Of a DNA stretch of 64,000 nt, positions 1 to 8,625 are shown piece after piece. The notes below the pieces were generated by a model, which was not told the DNA's origin, did not search any database, and worked only from the letters and a program-made list of their open reading frames with translations. The stretch is from Candidatus Roizmanbacteria bacterium. GTDB taxonomy: Bacteria > Patescibacteriota > Microgenomatia > UBA1406. The translations under genes were made by a program, and so were the position numbers. The DNA lies in the NCBI GenBank assembly GCA_024654535.1, contig JANLHL010000007.1, positions 2,395 through 66,394 of the forward strand, read 5' to 3'. Each line of letters begins with the position of its first letter. The first letter of the stretch is position 1.

Positions 1-16
1 CTTCCGCCATTATATG

Positions 17-93
17 TTTGAACTTAAGGTTTTAATTGACATTTGACATTGGATATTAGCGCTTTATTTGATATTTGATATTGGATATTTGGC
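17..93. repeat. Composite intergenic repeat, right-arm copy
   Basis: TTTGAAC..GACATTTGACATTGGATATT..TTTGATATTTGATATTGGATATTTGG, ending about 55 nt before the promoter of gene 161-2131. Confidence 0.8.
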
Positions 94-160
94 ATTCTAC
101 AATCGTTATTACGATTGTAGATTCCCTTGCATTTTTTTTACATGTCTTTACAATGTATGC

Positions 161-2131
161 ATGGATATTAAAAAGACCATAGAGCGAATAGAATCTGCAG
201 CACAACTTGCAATAGTTGCCCTTTTCCCACTTGTATTTTTCCCCATGTTTTCCGATGTTGTTGGGACAGCAAAGCTCTATTTTTTGGCAATAGCAACACT
301 CTTTTTAGTGGCACTCAAAGCAGTTAAAGTCGTCGTTACAAAACAGATTGAATGGAAAACGACCGGTTTCGAAACACCTCTCACATTGTTCGCTTTTGCC
401 TATGTACTATCAGCATTGGTAAGCGCCCCAAATAAAATTATGGCACTCACCGACCCGACACGTGGCGCACTTATGCCGGTACTCTTTGTAACACTCTACT
501 TTCTCTTACCGAAAAATAATAAAGCGGGCACGCTTATAGCAGCGTTTGTTTCACTCTTTGTGACAGCTCTTCTGACCGCACTGGTCTACTTTAAGGCATT
601 TTCATTTGTGCCAGATACGCTTGGATTTCTGAAGGTAAGTAGCTTTACTACAGTAGGAAACTATATATATCTCATTTTATTTGCCGCATTCTTGGGGGCA
701 GTTCTGCTACCTCACGTAACTGAAAGTGAAGAAATAAAAGACATGGCGACAGCTCATGGGGCTACTCAATTGAAGAAGGCTCGAAGTACAGCAGTAGATA
801 TGGTTTTCTTTGTCATAGCGCTTATTACTGCAATATTTAGCTCGTACGTACTGTTTAAAGACTTTAGCCCCCAATTTGTTTCATATGCTGCGACATGGCA
901 AACGTTCGTAGAGACCTTGAAAACACTTATGACTGGCCTTTTCGGTGTCGGTCCTGGAAATTATCTCACTATGTTTACTGTTGCGAAGCCCGCCTCGTAT
1001 AATGCGACGTCATTGTGGGCTCTCAATCCAGATCTTGGAGGAAGTGGACTCTTACACATAGCAACAGAAACAGGTATGCTTGGACTCTTAACGCTCGTCG
1101 CTATACTATTTATGTTTTTCAAAAGAACAAAAAAAACAGCTCTCTTTCCCGCATACATTGTACTTTTAGTATGGTTTGTGTTGGTACCATTAAGTCAAAT
1201 GACATGGTGGGCACTCTTTCTCTTTCTCATACTAACGACTACTTTTTCAAAGACACGTTCGTTTAATGCAGAGGAACTGCCAGTTATCTATATCGCACTC
1301 GCCGTTTTGGCTGCCGGCATAGTGGGTACAGGATCCTATTTCGGCTATCGCGGATATATGAGTCAATCTCTCTATTATCAGTCACTCGTAGCCTCACAAG
1401 CAAATCAAGCACAGCAACTTTATGATCTTCAGAACAGATCTATTATAGAGAACCCATATAATGAACAGACTCACTTGGCATTTTCTCAAACAAATTTGCT
1501 CTTAGCAAACAGCCTTTCTCAGAAAAAAGACCTAACCGACGCCGATAAACAAAATGTAAGCCAACTTATACAACAAGGTATTCAAGAGGCAAGAAACGTG
1601 GTTATTCTTAACCCACAACGAGCAGTATACTGGGCCAACTTGGGTGAAACATATAGAAGTGTACTGACAGTCGCCCAAGGAGCAGATGTTTGGGCAATTT
1701 CGAGTTATCAGAGAGCTATAGCCCTTGACCCACGCAATCCACAGTATTATTTTAGTCTTGGAAGCGTGTATTATGGACTTAAAAATTACGATGAAGCAAT
1801 ACGATTTTTCGGCAATGCAGTTTCATTGAAAACAGATATTCCTAACTACCAATACAACTTGGCGTGGGCTTACTATCAAAAACAAGACTACGTGCAAGCA
1901 GTCAACGCAATGCAAAGTACTCTACAACTAATCCCTGATAAGAAAAGCGCGGATTACAAAACAGCACAAAAAAACTTAGAAGAATTTCAAAAAATGGTAA
2001 AAGAAACTCAGCCTGCTCAAGATCAAACGGAACAAAATGCACAACCTGAGACATTATCACAACCATCCCCTATTCCAAGCATAACGCCTGAAATTTCACT
2101 AGCTCCCAATAACGCGCCCCCACAGCAATAA
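161..2131 (+). CDS. Polytopic membrane protein, O-antigen ligase (Wzy_C/WaaL-like) core with C-terminal TPR repeats
   Basis: From ORF 68-2131. The first 31 codons (TTG start) are translated intergenic repeat. The ATG at 161 lies 6 nt after TACAAT (149-154). About 10 hydrophobic helices. Loop GSGLLHIATETGMLGLL resembles the H..E.G..G loop of O-antigen ligases. The C-terminal ~200 aa are TPR-like (WANLGETY, YYFSLGSVYY, YNLAWAYYQKQDY). Confidence 0.6.
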   Translation: MDIKKTIERIESAAQLAIVALFPLVFFPMFSDVVGTAKLYFLAIATLFLVALKAVKVVVTKQIEWKTTGFETPLTLFAFAYVLSALVSAPNKIMALTDPTRGALMPVLFVTLYFLLPKNNKAGTLIAAFVSLFVTALLTALVYFKAFSFVPDTLGFLKVSSFTTVGNYIYLILFAAFLGAVLLPHVTESEEIKDMATAHGATQLKKARSTAVDMVFFVIALITAIFSSYVLFKDFSPQFVSYAATWQTFVETLKTLMTGLFGVGPGNYLTMFTVAKPASYNATSLWALNPDLGGSGLLHIATETGMLGLLTLVAILFMFFKRTKKTALFPAYIVLLVWFVLVPLSQMTWWALFLFLILTTTFSKTRSFNAEELPVIYIALAVLAAGIVGTGSYFGYRGYMSQSLYYQSLVASQANQAQQLYDLQNRSIIENPYNEQTHLAFSQTNLLLANSLSQKKDLTDADKQNVSQLIQQGIQEARNVVILNPQRAVYWANLGETYRSVLTVAQGADVWAISSYQRAIALDPRNPQYYFSLGSVYYGLKNYDEAIRFFGNAVSLKTDIPNYQYNLAWAYYQKQDYVQAVNAMQSTLQLIPDKKSADYKTAQKNLEEFQKMVKETQPAQDQTEQNAQPETLSQPSPIPSITPEISLAPNNAPPQQ

Positions 2132-2133
2132 CG

Positions 2134-2159
2134 CTTTATTTAGTCAAAACTAAATAAAG
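2134..2159 (+). terminator. Perfect 10-bp hairpin after gene 161-2131
   Basis: CTTTATTTAG-TCAAAA-CTAAATAAAG starts 3 nt after the stop and abuts the repeat box at 2160. Confidence 0.5.
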
Positions 2160-2302
2160 AATATCCAAGTTCAAATATCCAATATCAAAATATTGTCAAA
2201 TGACAAAGTTCAAATGTCCAATTTCGACATTTGTCATTTGGATTTGGATATTCTTTGGATATTTGAACTTGGGTATTGGGTATTGGGTATTGGATATTGA
2301 GG
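2160..2302. repeat. Composite intergenic repeat, full quasi-palindromic copy
   Basis: Left arm AATATCCAAGTTCAAATATCCAA...CAAATGACAAAGTTCAAATGTCCAA. Right arm GACATTTGTCATTTGGATTTGGATATTCTTTGGATATTTGAACTTGGGTATTGG. The arms share exact 18-nt and 11-nt complementary blocks. Confidence 0.9.
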
Positions 2303-2321
2303 ATTTGTTATAATGAACCCT

Positions 2322-3413
2322 ATGTTTAAAACGGCTTCTACGTGGCAAGAGATAAAAGATTTTTATGTATTTCTCAAGACTTATCTCCAAACGAAAGCAG
2401 TAGCACTCGGTAGAGGCTTTGAACAATTCAAAAACATACTCGTACTTCTCCTAATGACGAAACGAGGTAAATACCAACACTCGTTCCTTCATGCGTCATT
2501 TTTACTTCTTATAGTAAGTATCTGGATTGCTGGGCCAATTATTACAGAAAATAATCCACTCATCGGAAAAAATGCACTCGAAGGACCTGCTCAAAATCGC
2601 TCAATAGCTTCAATATATACCTATGCATCATCAAGCAACCTCACAACAACGCATATTTCTCAAAAACCTCGAGATATAGTAGAAGCCTACAAGGTAAAGA
2701 GTGGTGATACACTTGCAGAAATCGCGAAATCCTTTGGTTTGGAAGTTGATACTATAAAGTGGGCAAATGATTTGACGACTGACACAATTACTCCTGGTGA
2801 TACACTGAAAATCCCGCCAGTCAACGGAATAGTATACAAGGTGAAGAGCGGAGACACGATCTACTCTATCGCAGAAAAGTTCAATACAAATGCGCAAAAG
2901 ATAGTAAACTTCCCGTTCAACGAGTTTGCAGATATTGATACATTTGCTATTACCACCGGGCAGACGCTCATTGTCCCCGATGGCGTACCTCCAAGCGAGG
3001 CGCCGAGGAGACCTGCACAATTCGCGCCGCAGTTTGCAGCCGGACAGGCAGGTTCGGGTAACTTTATCTGGCCAACGTCAGGAGTCATAACGCAATACTA
3101 TGTGTGGTATCATCAAGCCCTCGATATAGCTAATCCTTCTTCTCCCTCTGTTATTGCCGCAGATACTGGCACGGTTAGCTACGCAGGGTGTATCAATTGG
3201 GGATACGGATGTCATATTATCATAGACCATGCAAATGGATATCAAACACTCTATGGACATTTATCTCGCATAGATGTTAGCACCGGTCAGGGAGTAGCAA
3301 AATCTCAACAAATAGGTTTTATGGGGTCAACTGGTCTCTCAACAGGGACACATCTTCATTTCGAAATAAGAAGTGGAGGACAACTGCTCAATCCGCTCGA
3401 TTTCTTGCAATAA
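2322..3413 (+). CDS. LysM-LysM-M23 peptidoglycan endopeptidase, membrane anchored
   Basis: Two LysM repeats (YKVKSGDTLAEIAKSFG, YKVKSGDTIYSIAEKFN). M23 motifs are HQALDIA and GSTGLSTGTHLHFEIR. N-terminal TM helix. The ATG at 2322 is 7 nt after TGtTATAAT (2306-2314); the ATG at 2313 overlaps the -10 box. Confidence 0.85.
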   Translation: MFKTASTWQEIKDFYVFLKTYLQTKAVALGRGFEQFKNILVLLLMTKRGKYQHSFLHASFLLLIVSIWIAGPIITENNPLIGKNALEGPAQNRSIASIYTYASSSNLTTTHISQKPRDIVEAYKVKSGDTLAEIAKSFGLEVDTIKWANDLTTDTITPGDTLKIPPVNGIVYKVKSGDTIYSIAEKFNTNAQKIVNFPFNEFADIDTFAITTGQTLIVPDGVPPSEAPRRPAQFAPQFAAGQAGSGNFIWPTSGVITQYYVWYHQALDIANPSSPSVIAADTGTVSYAGCINWGYGCHIIIDHANGYQTLYGHLSRIDVSTGQGVAKSQQIGFMGSTGLSTGTHLHFEIRSGGQLLNPLDFLQ

Positions 3414-3472
3414 AATACCCTATGTAAAATAAGACGTATAGGACTTTAAGACGCATACAAGCTAAAAAAAGC

Positions 3473-4789
3473 CTATGATTTCGGTTCAACGAGCCTGCGC
3501 ACTGCTACCATAAAGGCAGCTTCCTTGAGCGAAACGTGTGATTTCTTCGCCTGTTCCCAAACCGCCAAAGCCGACTCCTCAAGAAGGTCTTGCATTTTTT
3601 TGTTTACCTTTGCTTCGCTCCAAACAGTCCCCTTCATTCCCTGTACCCACTCAAAGTAAGAAACAACAACGCCTCCAGCATTTGCAAGCACGTCTGGAAT
3701 AACGTAAATGCCCCTCTTTTGCAATATGGGATAGGCTTCTTTGGCAATGGGGCCATTGGCCATCTCAACAACTATTTTTGCCTGAATTTTATGCGCATTC
3801 TTTTCTGTTATGACATTTTCAAGGGCTGCAGGAACCAATATATCGACCGGTAACTCCAATAATTGTTCATTGGTTATGACTTTTCCTTCGTTGATATCAC
3901 ACACCCCACCAGAACAATAACAACCAGCAAGCGTGCCCTGCTTTTTTTTGCATCCCATCACCAGAGGAATGTCTAACGGCTCAAAGTGCTTACCTGCATT
4001 ATTTAACTTTGCATTTTTTACTATTCCACCCTTACTATCTGATACTGCGACAACATCGAAGCCTTCTTCAACGGCAATTTTCGCAAAATAATATCCAACA
4101 TTACCAAAACCTTGTACTGCAACCGTTAACTTTGCATTGCCTGCCATAACTTTAGTGAAGGTAGGATTTTTATTTTTTAGTTCTTTACCTAATTTTGAAA
4201 GCAACGCTTTCAGAACGATCACTCCCCCTCTACCGGTTGCTTCTGTTCTTCCAAGACTTCCACCTTTTTCGACTGGTTTACCGGTAAACGTTGCAGGAGC
4301 AGCTTGACCAGCCAACTTCTCATATTCATCAAGCATCCATTGCATGATAAGTGGGTTTGTATTTACGTCTGGGGCTGGTACATCTACTCGTGGTCCTATA
4401 ACGGGAAAAAGTGCCCGTACATATGAACGTGAAAGCTGCTCAAGTTCTTTCTTCGAAAGCTCCTTTGGATCGACGATTATCCCACCCTTTGCCCCACCAA
4501 ATGGTATGCCAGCCACTGCACATTTGATACTCATAAGAGTAGAGAGTGCAAGCACTTCTTCGCGAGACACTTGCGGATGAAATCGAATGCCACCCTTATA
4601 TGGCCCTCGCCTGTTATTGTGCTGGCTTCGATATCCAGTAAATACACGTTCACCTGTTTTGGTAGGAATGCTCACTTTCACCTCGATCACCCTATTGGGT
4701 TGAAGTAAAGTATCAATAACTTGTGCACTGTAACCTAACTTTTTTCCGGCCTCTTGTACTATATTTCGAGCAGTTTCAAGCATATCCAT
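3473..4789 (-). CDS. gdh: Glutamate dehydrogenase (Glu/Leu/Phe/Val dehydrogenase family)
   Basis: 438 aa. Motifs GGIRFHP, catalytic K-box GIPFGGAKGGI and Rossmann GFGNVG. Confidence 0.85.
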   Translation of the reverse strand: MDMLETARNIVQEAGKKLGYSAQVIDTLLQPNRVIEVKVSIPTKTGERVFTGYRSQHNNRRGPYKGGIRFHPQVSREEVLALSTLMSIKCAVAGIPFGGAKGGIIVDPKELSKKELEQLSRSYVRALFPVIGPRVDVPAPDVNTNPLIMQWMLDEYEKLAGQAAPATFTGKPVEKGGSLGRTEATGRGGVIVLKALLSKLGKELKNKNPTFTKVMAGNAKLTVAVQGFGNVGYYFAKIAVEEGFDVVAVSDSKGGIVKNAKLNNAGKHFEPLDIPLVMGCKKKQGTLAGCYCSGGVCDINEGKVITNEQLLELPVDILVPAALENVITEKNAHKIQAKIVVEMANGPIAKEAYPILQKRGIYVIPDVLANAGGVVVSYFEWVQGMKGTVWSEAKVNKKMQDLLEESALAVWEQAKKSHVSLKEAAFMVAVRRLVEPKS

Positions 4790-4812
4790 TCTGTTTAATT
4801 TAAAATTATTAA

Positions 4813-5853
4813 TTAAAAAATTTCGTTAAGGTATCGCTCAATCTCAAGTTCGGCCGCTACACCCATGCCAACGGCAGTTGCAGCTTGACGATACGTATGA
4901 TCAACACAGTCTCCTGCTGCAAATACACCAGTAAGGCATGTCGCTGATGCATACTCAAAATTGAAATTCAGATCGGTTGAAGAACCATTGCCCTTCGATG
5001 ATCTTGCATAACGTAAAGCTTCTTGTGAACTCGTTACTATGTACCCTTTTTTGTCGAGTACTACGGCTGAATCTCGTAAAAAATCTGTTGCTGGCTTATG
5101 TCCAATGGCAACAAAAATGCCATCAAGTTTCAATACTTCTCTTTTAGGGCTAACGCTATCCACCGACTGCAATCGAATACCTTCAACTTTTTCATCCCCA
5201 ATAACTTCTGATACGGTAGTATTCCAAATCACTTCAATCTTTTCATGTTTCAAGACACGATCTGCCATTATTTTCGATGCACGAAAAGCACTTCGTCTAT
5301 GAATGACGTAAACTTTTTTTGCAAATGTGGTCAAGGTAAGTGCTTCTTCCATGGCGCTATCTCCTCCACCTATCACTGCGACAGTCTTATCTCTGAAAAA
5401 AAATCCATCGCAGGTTGCACACGCACTAACACCTCGTCCACGTAGGCGTTGTTCTGAATCTAATCCCATCCAAATGGCGTCTGCCCCAGTTGCTAAGAGC
5501 ACACTATGCGCTTGAAAGGTTTGTTTGTCAGTCTTTATTCTATAGGTTCTAGGTGTCTTATTCGTCTTATTTTCAGCAGGCTCTATACCGATCACATTTT
5601 CCTGGATGAATTTCGTATCAAAGCGCTTTGCCTGCTCTCTAAATTGAGCAATGAGTTCTGGCCCTTGGATTCCCTTTGCAAAACCGGGATAGTTTTCAAC
5701 TTCAGTCGTAAGCATGAGCTGTCCTCCCGATGGCACCCCCTCTATAACGAGTGGGTCAAGCCCTGCTCGTCCTGCATAAATTGCTGCAGCCAAACCGGCA
5801 GGACCACCTCCAACGATGATAATGTTTTGAATTGTCGATTGATGTTTTTCCAT
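4813..5853 (-). CDS. trxB: Thioredoxin-disulfide reductase
   Basis: FAD motif VGGGPAGLAAA, redox-active CATCDG, NADPH motif GGGDSAMEEA. Start MEKHQ is preferred because GGGAGG lies 10 nt upstream, inside the end of the preceding gene. Confidence 0.9.
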   Translation of the reverse strand: MEKHQSTIQNIIIVGGGPAGLAAAIYAGRAGLDPLVIEGVPSGGQLMLTTEVENYPGFAKGIQGPELIAQFREQAKRFDTKFIQENVIGIEPAENKTNKTPRTYRIKTDKQTFQAHSVLLATGADAIWMGLDSEQRLRGRGVSACATCDGFFFRDKTVAVIGGGDSAMEEALTLTTFAKKVYVIHRRSAFRASKIMADRVLKHEKIEVIWNTTVSEVIGDEKVEGIRLQSVDSVSPKREVLKLDGIFVAIGHKPATDFLRDSAVVLDKKGYIVTSSQEALRYARSSKGNGSSTDLNFNFEYASATCLTGVFAAGDCVDHTYRQAATAVGMGVAAELEIERYLNEIF

Positions 5854-5857
5854 ACTA

Positions 5858-6124
5858 TTACATCCTCCCAACTTCTTTTAATACTGTCTCCAATATTTTC
5901 TTATGTTCAGGAGCTACTGAGCAGAGTTCACTACGAGCAATTTCAATACCCACGTTCTGCACAGCAGCTTTTATGGCGTTAATCTGGAGTAAAATATCCT
6001 TACAGTTCCTTTTCTGTTCAAGCATGTTATTGATGCCTTTCAATTGACCAATAATACGATTAATACGCTTTGCGAGAATAGTTTGTTTTTGTATACCCAT
6101 ACCCCCCAATGGTATACCACGCAT
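5858..6124 (-). CDS. CsoR/RcnR/FrmR-family (DUF156) metal- or redox-sensing transcriptional repressor
   Basis: 88 aa, all-helical. RINRIIGQLKGI..M.....C.DILLQI.A....L matches the family signature, including the conserved Cys. Lies 4 nt upstream of trxB. Confidence 0.7.
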   Translation of the reverse strand: MRGIPLGGMGIQKQTILAKRINRIIGQLKGINNMLEQKRNCKDILLQINAIKAAVQNVGIEIARSELCSVAPEHKKILETVLKEVGRM

Positions 6125-6139
6125 AATAATAAGTCAAGT

Positions 6140-7465
6140 CTATCCCTGTTTCAGTTGTGCTAGAAACGTTTTGTTGTCTTTGGTTTTTCGCATTTTATCA
6201 ATCAAAGAGACCAATCGTTCATCCTCGCCCAAGAGAAGCAACATATGTCGAAGGGTTGCAATTTTTGAGAAATCGTCTTTACTCAACAATAATTCGTCAT
6301 GTCGCGTACCTGATTTCTCTACGTTTATAGCTGGATATATGCGTCGCTCCGCCATACGTCTATCTAAGTGCAACTCCATATTGCCAGTTCCCTTAAATTC
6401 TTCATAAATAAGGTCATCCATACGTGAACCTGTATCAATAAGCGCAGTGCCGATAATAGTAAGACTACCACCGCCCTCACAATTGCGCGCTGCTCCTAAA
6501 AAGCGTTTGGCAGGATATAGCGCTGCAGGATCAAATCCACCTGAGAGTGTTTTTCCCGAAGGTCCAACACTGAGGTTGTATGCCCGAGCTAACCGTGTAA
6601 TTGAATCGAGAATGATAACAACGTCTCGACCCATCTCAACTAATCGTTTCGCCCGCTCAAGCCCCAGTTCTGCTACCTTCGTTTGGTGCTCAGGCGATTC
6701 GTCAAAATTAGACGCAACAACTTCTCCTTGAATTGAACGACTCATATCGGTTACTTCTTCAGGCCGTTCACCAATAAGCGCTGCAATAATATGTACATCT
6801 GGGAAATTCTTCGTAATACCGGCTGCTATTTCTTTTAGCACCGTTGTCTTCCCAGCTTTTGGTGGAGAAACGACTAACCCACGTTGACCAAAACCAATTG
6901 GAGAGAATAAATCTATGATTCTATTTGATAATGCAGTCGAATCATACTCAAGCACAACGTGCTTCTCGGGATAGATAGATGTTAAGTCGTCAAAATTACC
7001 CCGTTCTACAAATCCAGCCTTAGGTTCTGTCCCATTGATTAACGTAATTTTCAAAAGCCCATGGTACCGTTCATTTTGTTTCGGAGGACGAGCAAGTCCG
7101 TTGACAAGATCTCCTTGGCGCAAACGAAATTTTCTAATCTGTGACATAGACACATATACATCATCATTTGATGGAGCAAATGTTGGTCTTAAAAATCCGT
7201 AACTCGTGTTCACAATGTCTAGGAATCCATGCACTTCAAATGACTGTTTTAAGTCGTCCTGAATACGTTGTTCAAACACCGGAGGTTGAGCAGTTGAATC
7301 GGAAACCATATGTACTGCCGCAGGTTCTGGGGCAGGCTCTGGGGCAGGCTCAGGTTCAGAAACAGCCGCGGAAACTGGCTTTTCCTGTTGAGGGGTTGTA
7401 ATGAATGTACTGACATCCAGAGCTTCATCTGAAGAATCTGGTATTTTTTTTACGCGTGTCACCAT
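6140..7465 (-). CDS. rho: Transcription termination factor Rho with P/E/A-rich N-terminal extension
   Basis: Walker A SPPKAGKTT and the Rho-specific RNA-binding and ATPase core (GFGFLRP-like YGFLRP, IIGTALIDTGSRMD). N-terminal EPEPAPEPAPEPAA is encoded by 12-nt tandem DNA repeats near 7320-7365. Confidence 0.95.
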   Translation of the reverse strand: MVTRVKKIPDSSDEALDVSTFITTPQQEKPVSAAVSEPEPAPEPAPEPAAVHMVSDSTAQPPVFEQRIQDDLKQSFEVHGFLDIVNTSYGFLRPTFAPSNDDVYVSMSQIRKFRLRQGDLVNGLARPPKQNERYHGLLKITLINGTEPKAGFVERGNFDDLTSIYPEKHVVLEYDSTALSNRIIDLFSPIGFGQRGLVVSPPKAGKTTVLKEIAAGITKNFPDVHIIAALIGERPEEVTDMSRSIQGEVVASNFDESPEHQTKVAELGLERAKRLVEMGRDVVIILDSITRLARAYNLSVGPSGKTLSGGFDPAALYPAKRFLGAARNCEGGGSLTIIGTALIDTGSRMDDLIYEEFKGTGNMELHLDRRMAERRIYPAINVEKSGTRHDELLLSKDDFSKIATLRHMLLLLGEDERLVSLIDKMRKTKDNKTFLAQLKQG

Positions 7466-7546
7466 GGAGAAAATAATAATTTATAAAAAACGAAATTAAC
7501 CTCGATATACAAAAAGGAAATAATTTACTTTTGAGTTCAAAATACC

Positions 7547-7742
7547 GCTACTATAAAGGTGTTTCACATTGATTTTTTCCCATTCTTGGGAAATGGGAAG
7601 GACTGAACTTCCGCGTTCATGCAGACTGAACGTGGCGAATCTCAGTACCTCATAGTTCCATTCTTCCTAAGAGAGAGTGGAACGTACCCTTTATTTTGTT
7701 GTATAGGAAAATATTTCAATGATCGTCACCCTTTATAGTAGC
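7547..7742 (-). ncRNA. Candidate structured RNA or rho leader domain (6S-like rod or attenuator; class unknown)
   Basis: 15-bp closing helix GCTACTATAAAGG(G)TG formed by 7547-7561 and 7727-7742. It encloses three strong hairpins (7577-7599, 7611-7635, 7655-7683). Minus-strand promoter TTGACA (7771-7776), 16 nt, TAAACT (7749-7754) predicts a 5' end at about 7742. The domain ends 81 nt before the rho ATG. Confidence 0.4.
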
Positions 7743-7807
7743 AAGTATAGTTTAGCAAAATTCTCATGCATGTCAACCACCATTGTCGTATATATATACG
7801 ACAATGG

Positions 7808-8010
7808 AATATCCAAGTTCAAATATCCAATGACAAACCCGCCTGCCCGCTTCGAAGCGAGGCGAGCCGGCGAGGCAGGTGAATGCCAAAACTCAAGTTT
7901 TAAAGTTAGACAGTAAGAATTTGACATAGGGATTTGGAGCTTCACTTGTCATTGGGACTTTGTCATTCGACATTACTTGGTTATGGATATTTGATATTGG
8001 ATATTGGAGT
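7808..8010. repeat. Composite intergenic repeat with embedded 41-nt GC-rich module
   Basis: Starts AATATCCAAGTTCAAATATCCAATG, carries the GC module at 7839-7879, and ends GATATTTGATATTGGATATTGG. Confidence 0.9.
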
Positions 8011-8031
8011 TTCCTGCTATATACTTCCCCT

Positions 8032-8607
8032 ATGGCATTTGCACGATTATTAAGAAAAGGAGCTGTTAAAAAAGAGACAGAGAAACAGCAAGATAAATTT
8101 GTACTTATTTTAGATAATGTCTACGATACATTTAATGTTGGTGGTATGTACCGTATTGCCGACGCATCTGGGATACAAAAAATATATCACTGCGGTGATA
8201 CGCCGATACCTATTGAAAACGAAGTAGTGAATAACAAAATAGCACGTGCTTCAGTCGGCTTATACCAATATATAGCCTGGGAACACCACGATAAGACAGA
8301 ACAACTAGTAGATACCCTTAAACAACACGGTTATACAATAATTGCTCTTGAACAAGACACACGGTCAATACCGTTTGATCAATGTAGTGTAATCAATACT
8401 CCAATTGCGCTTATTGCTGGAAATGAAACATTTGGAGTAGATAAACAAGTAATAGACAAAGCTGATGTTGTGCTAGAGCTACCTATGTTTGGGATCAATA
8501 AATCGGTGAATGTTGTAGTCGCAACGGGGATAGTTGCCTACCATTTAAGAACACAGCTTCAGAAAAGTGAAAAGTGTAAAACGCAAAGTTACCGTTTAAA
8601 GACTTGA
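8032..8607 (+). CDS. SpoU/TrmH-family RNA 2'-O-methyltransferase
   Basis: Motifs IALIAGNETFGV and LELPMFGINKSVNVVVATGIVAY (SPOUT knot). The ATG at 8032 is 6 nt after TATACT (8020-8025). The upstream part of ORF 7960-8607 is translated repeat (DIGYW). Confidence 0.8.
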   Translation: MAFARLLRKGAVKKETEKQQDKFVLILDNVYDTFNVGGMYRIADASGIQKIYHCGDTPIPIENEVVNNKIARASVGLYQYIAWEHHDKTEQLVDTLKQHGYTIIALEQDTRSIPFDQCSVINTPIALIAGNETFGVDKQVIDKADVVLELPMFGINKSVNVVVATGIVAYHLRTQLQKSEKCKTQSYRLKT

Positions 8608-8625
8608 AAATCGAAAGGCTGTTGT

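Noticed and set aside
68-160. N-terminal extensions of several six-frame ORFs containing peptides such as DIGYW, LGIGYW or KYPISN. They are 68-160, 7960-8031, 26639-26812 (minus strand), 33044-33142, 59250-59378 and 60356-60418. Whole small ORFs of the same kind are 2196-2426, 7719-7916, 7733-7945, 26631-26918, 38307-38513, 39084-39407, 41582-41773 and 59173-59442.
   Set aside because: They are translations of the intergenic repeat units (GATATTGG and similar) and often start at TTG. They lie upstream of a well-placed -10 box and ATG, and their 'motifs' simply mirror the DNA repeat.
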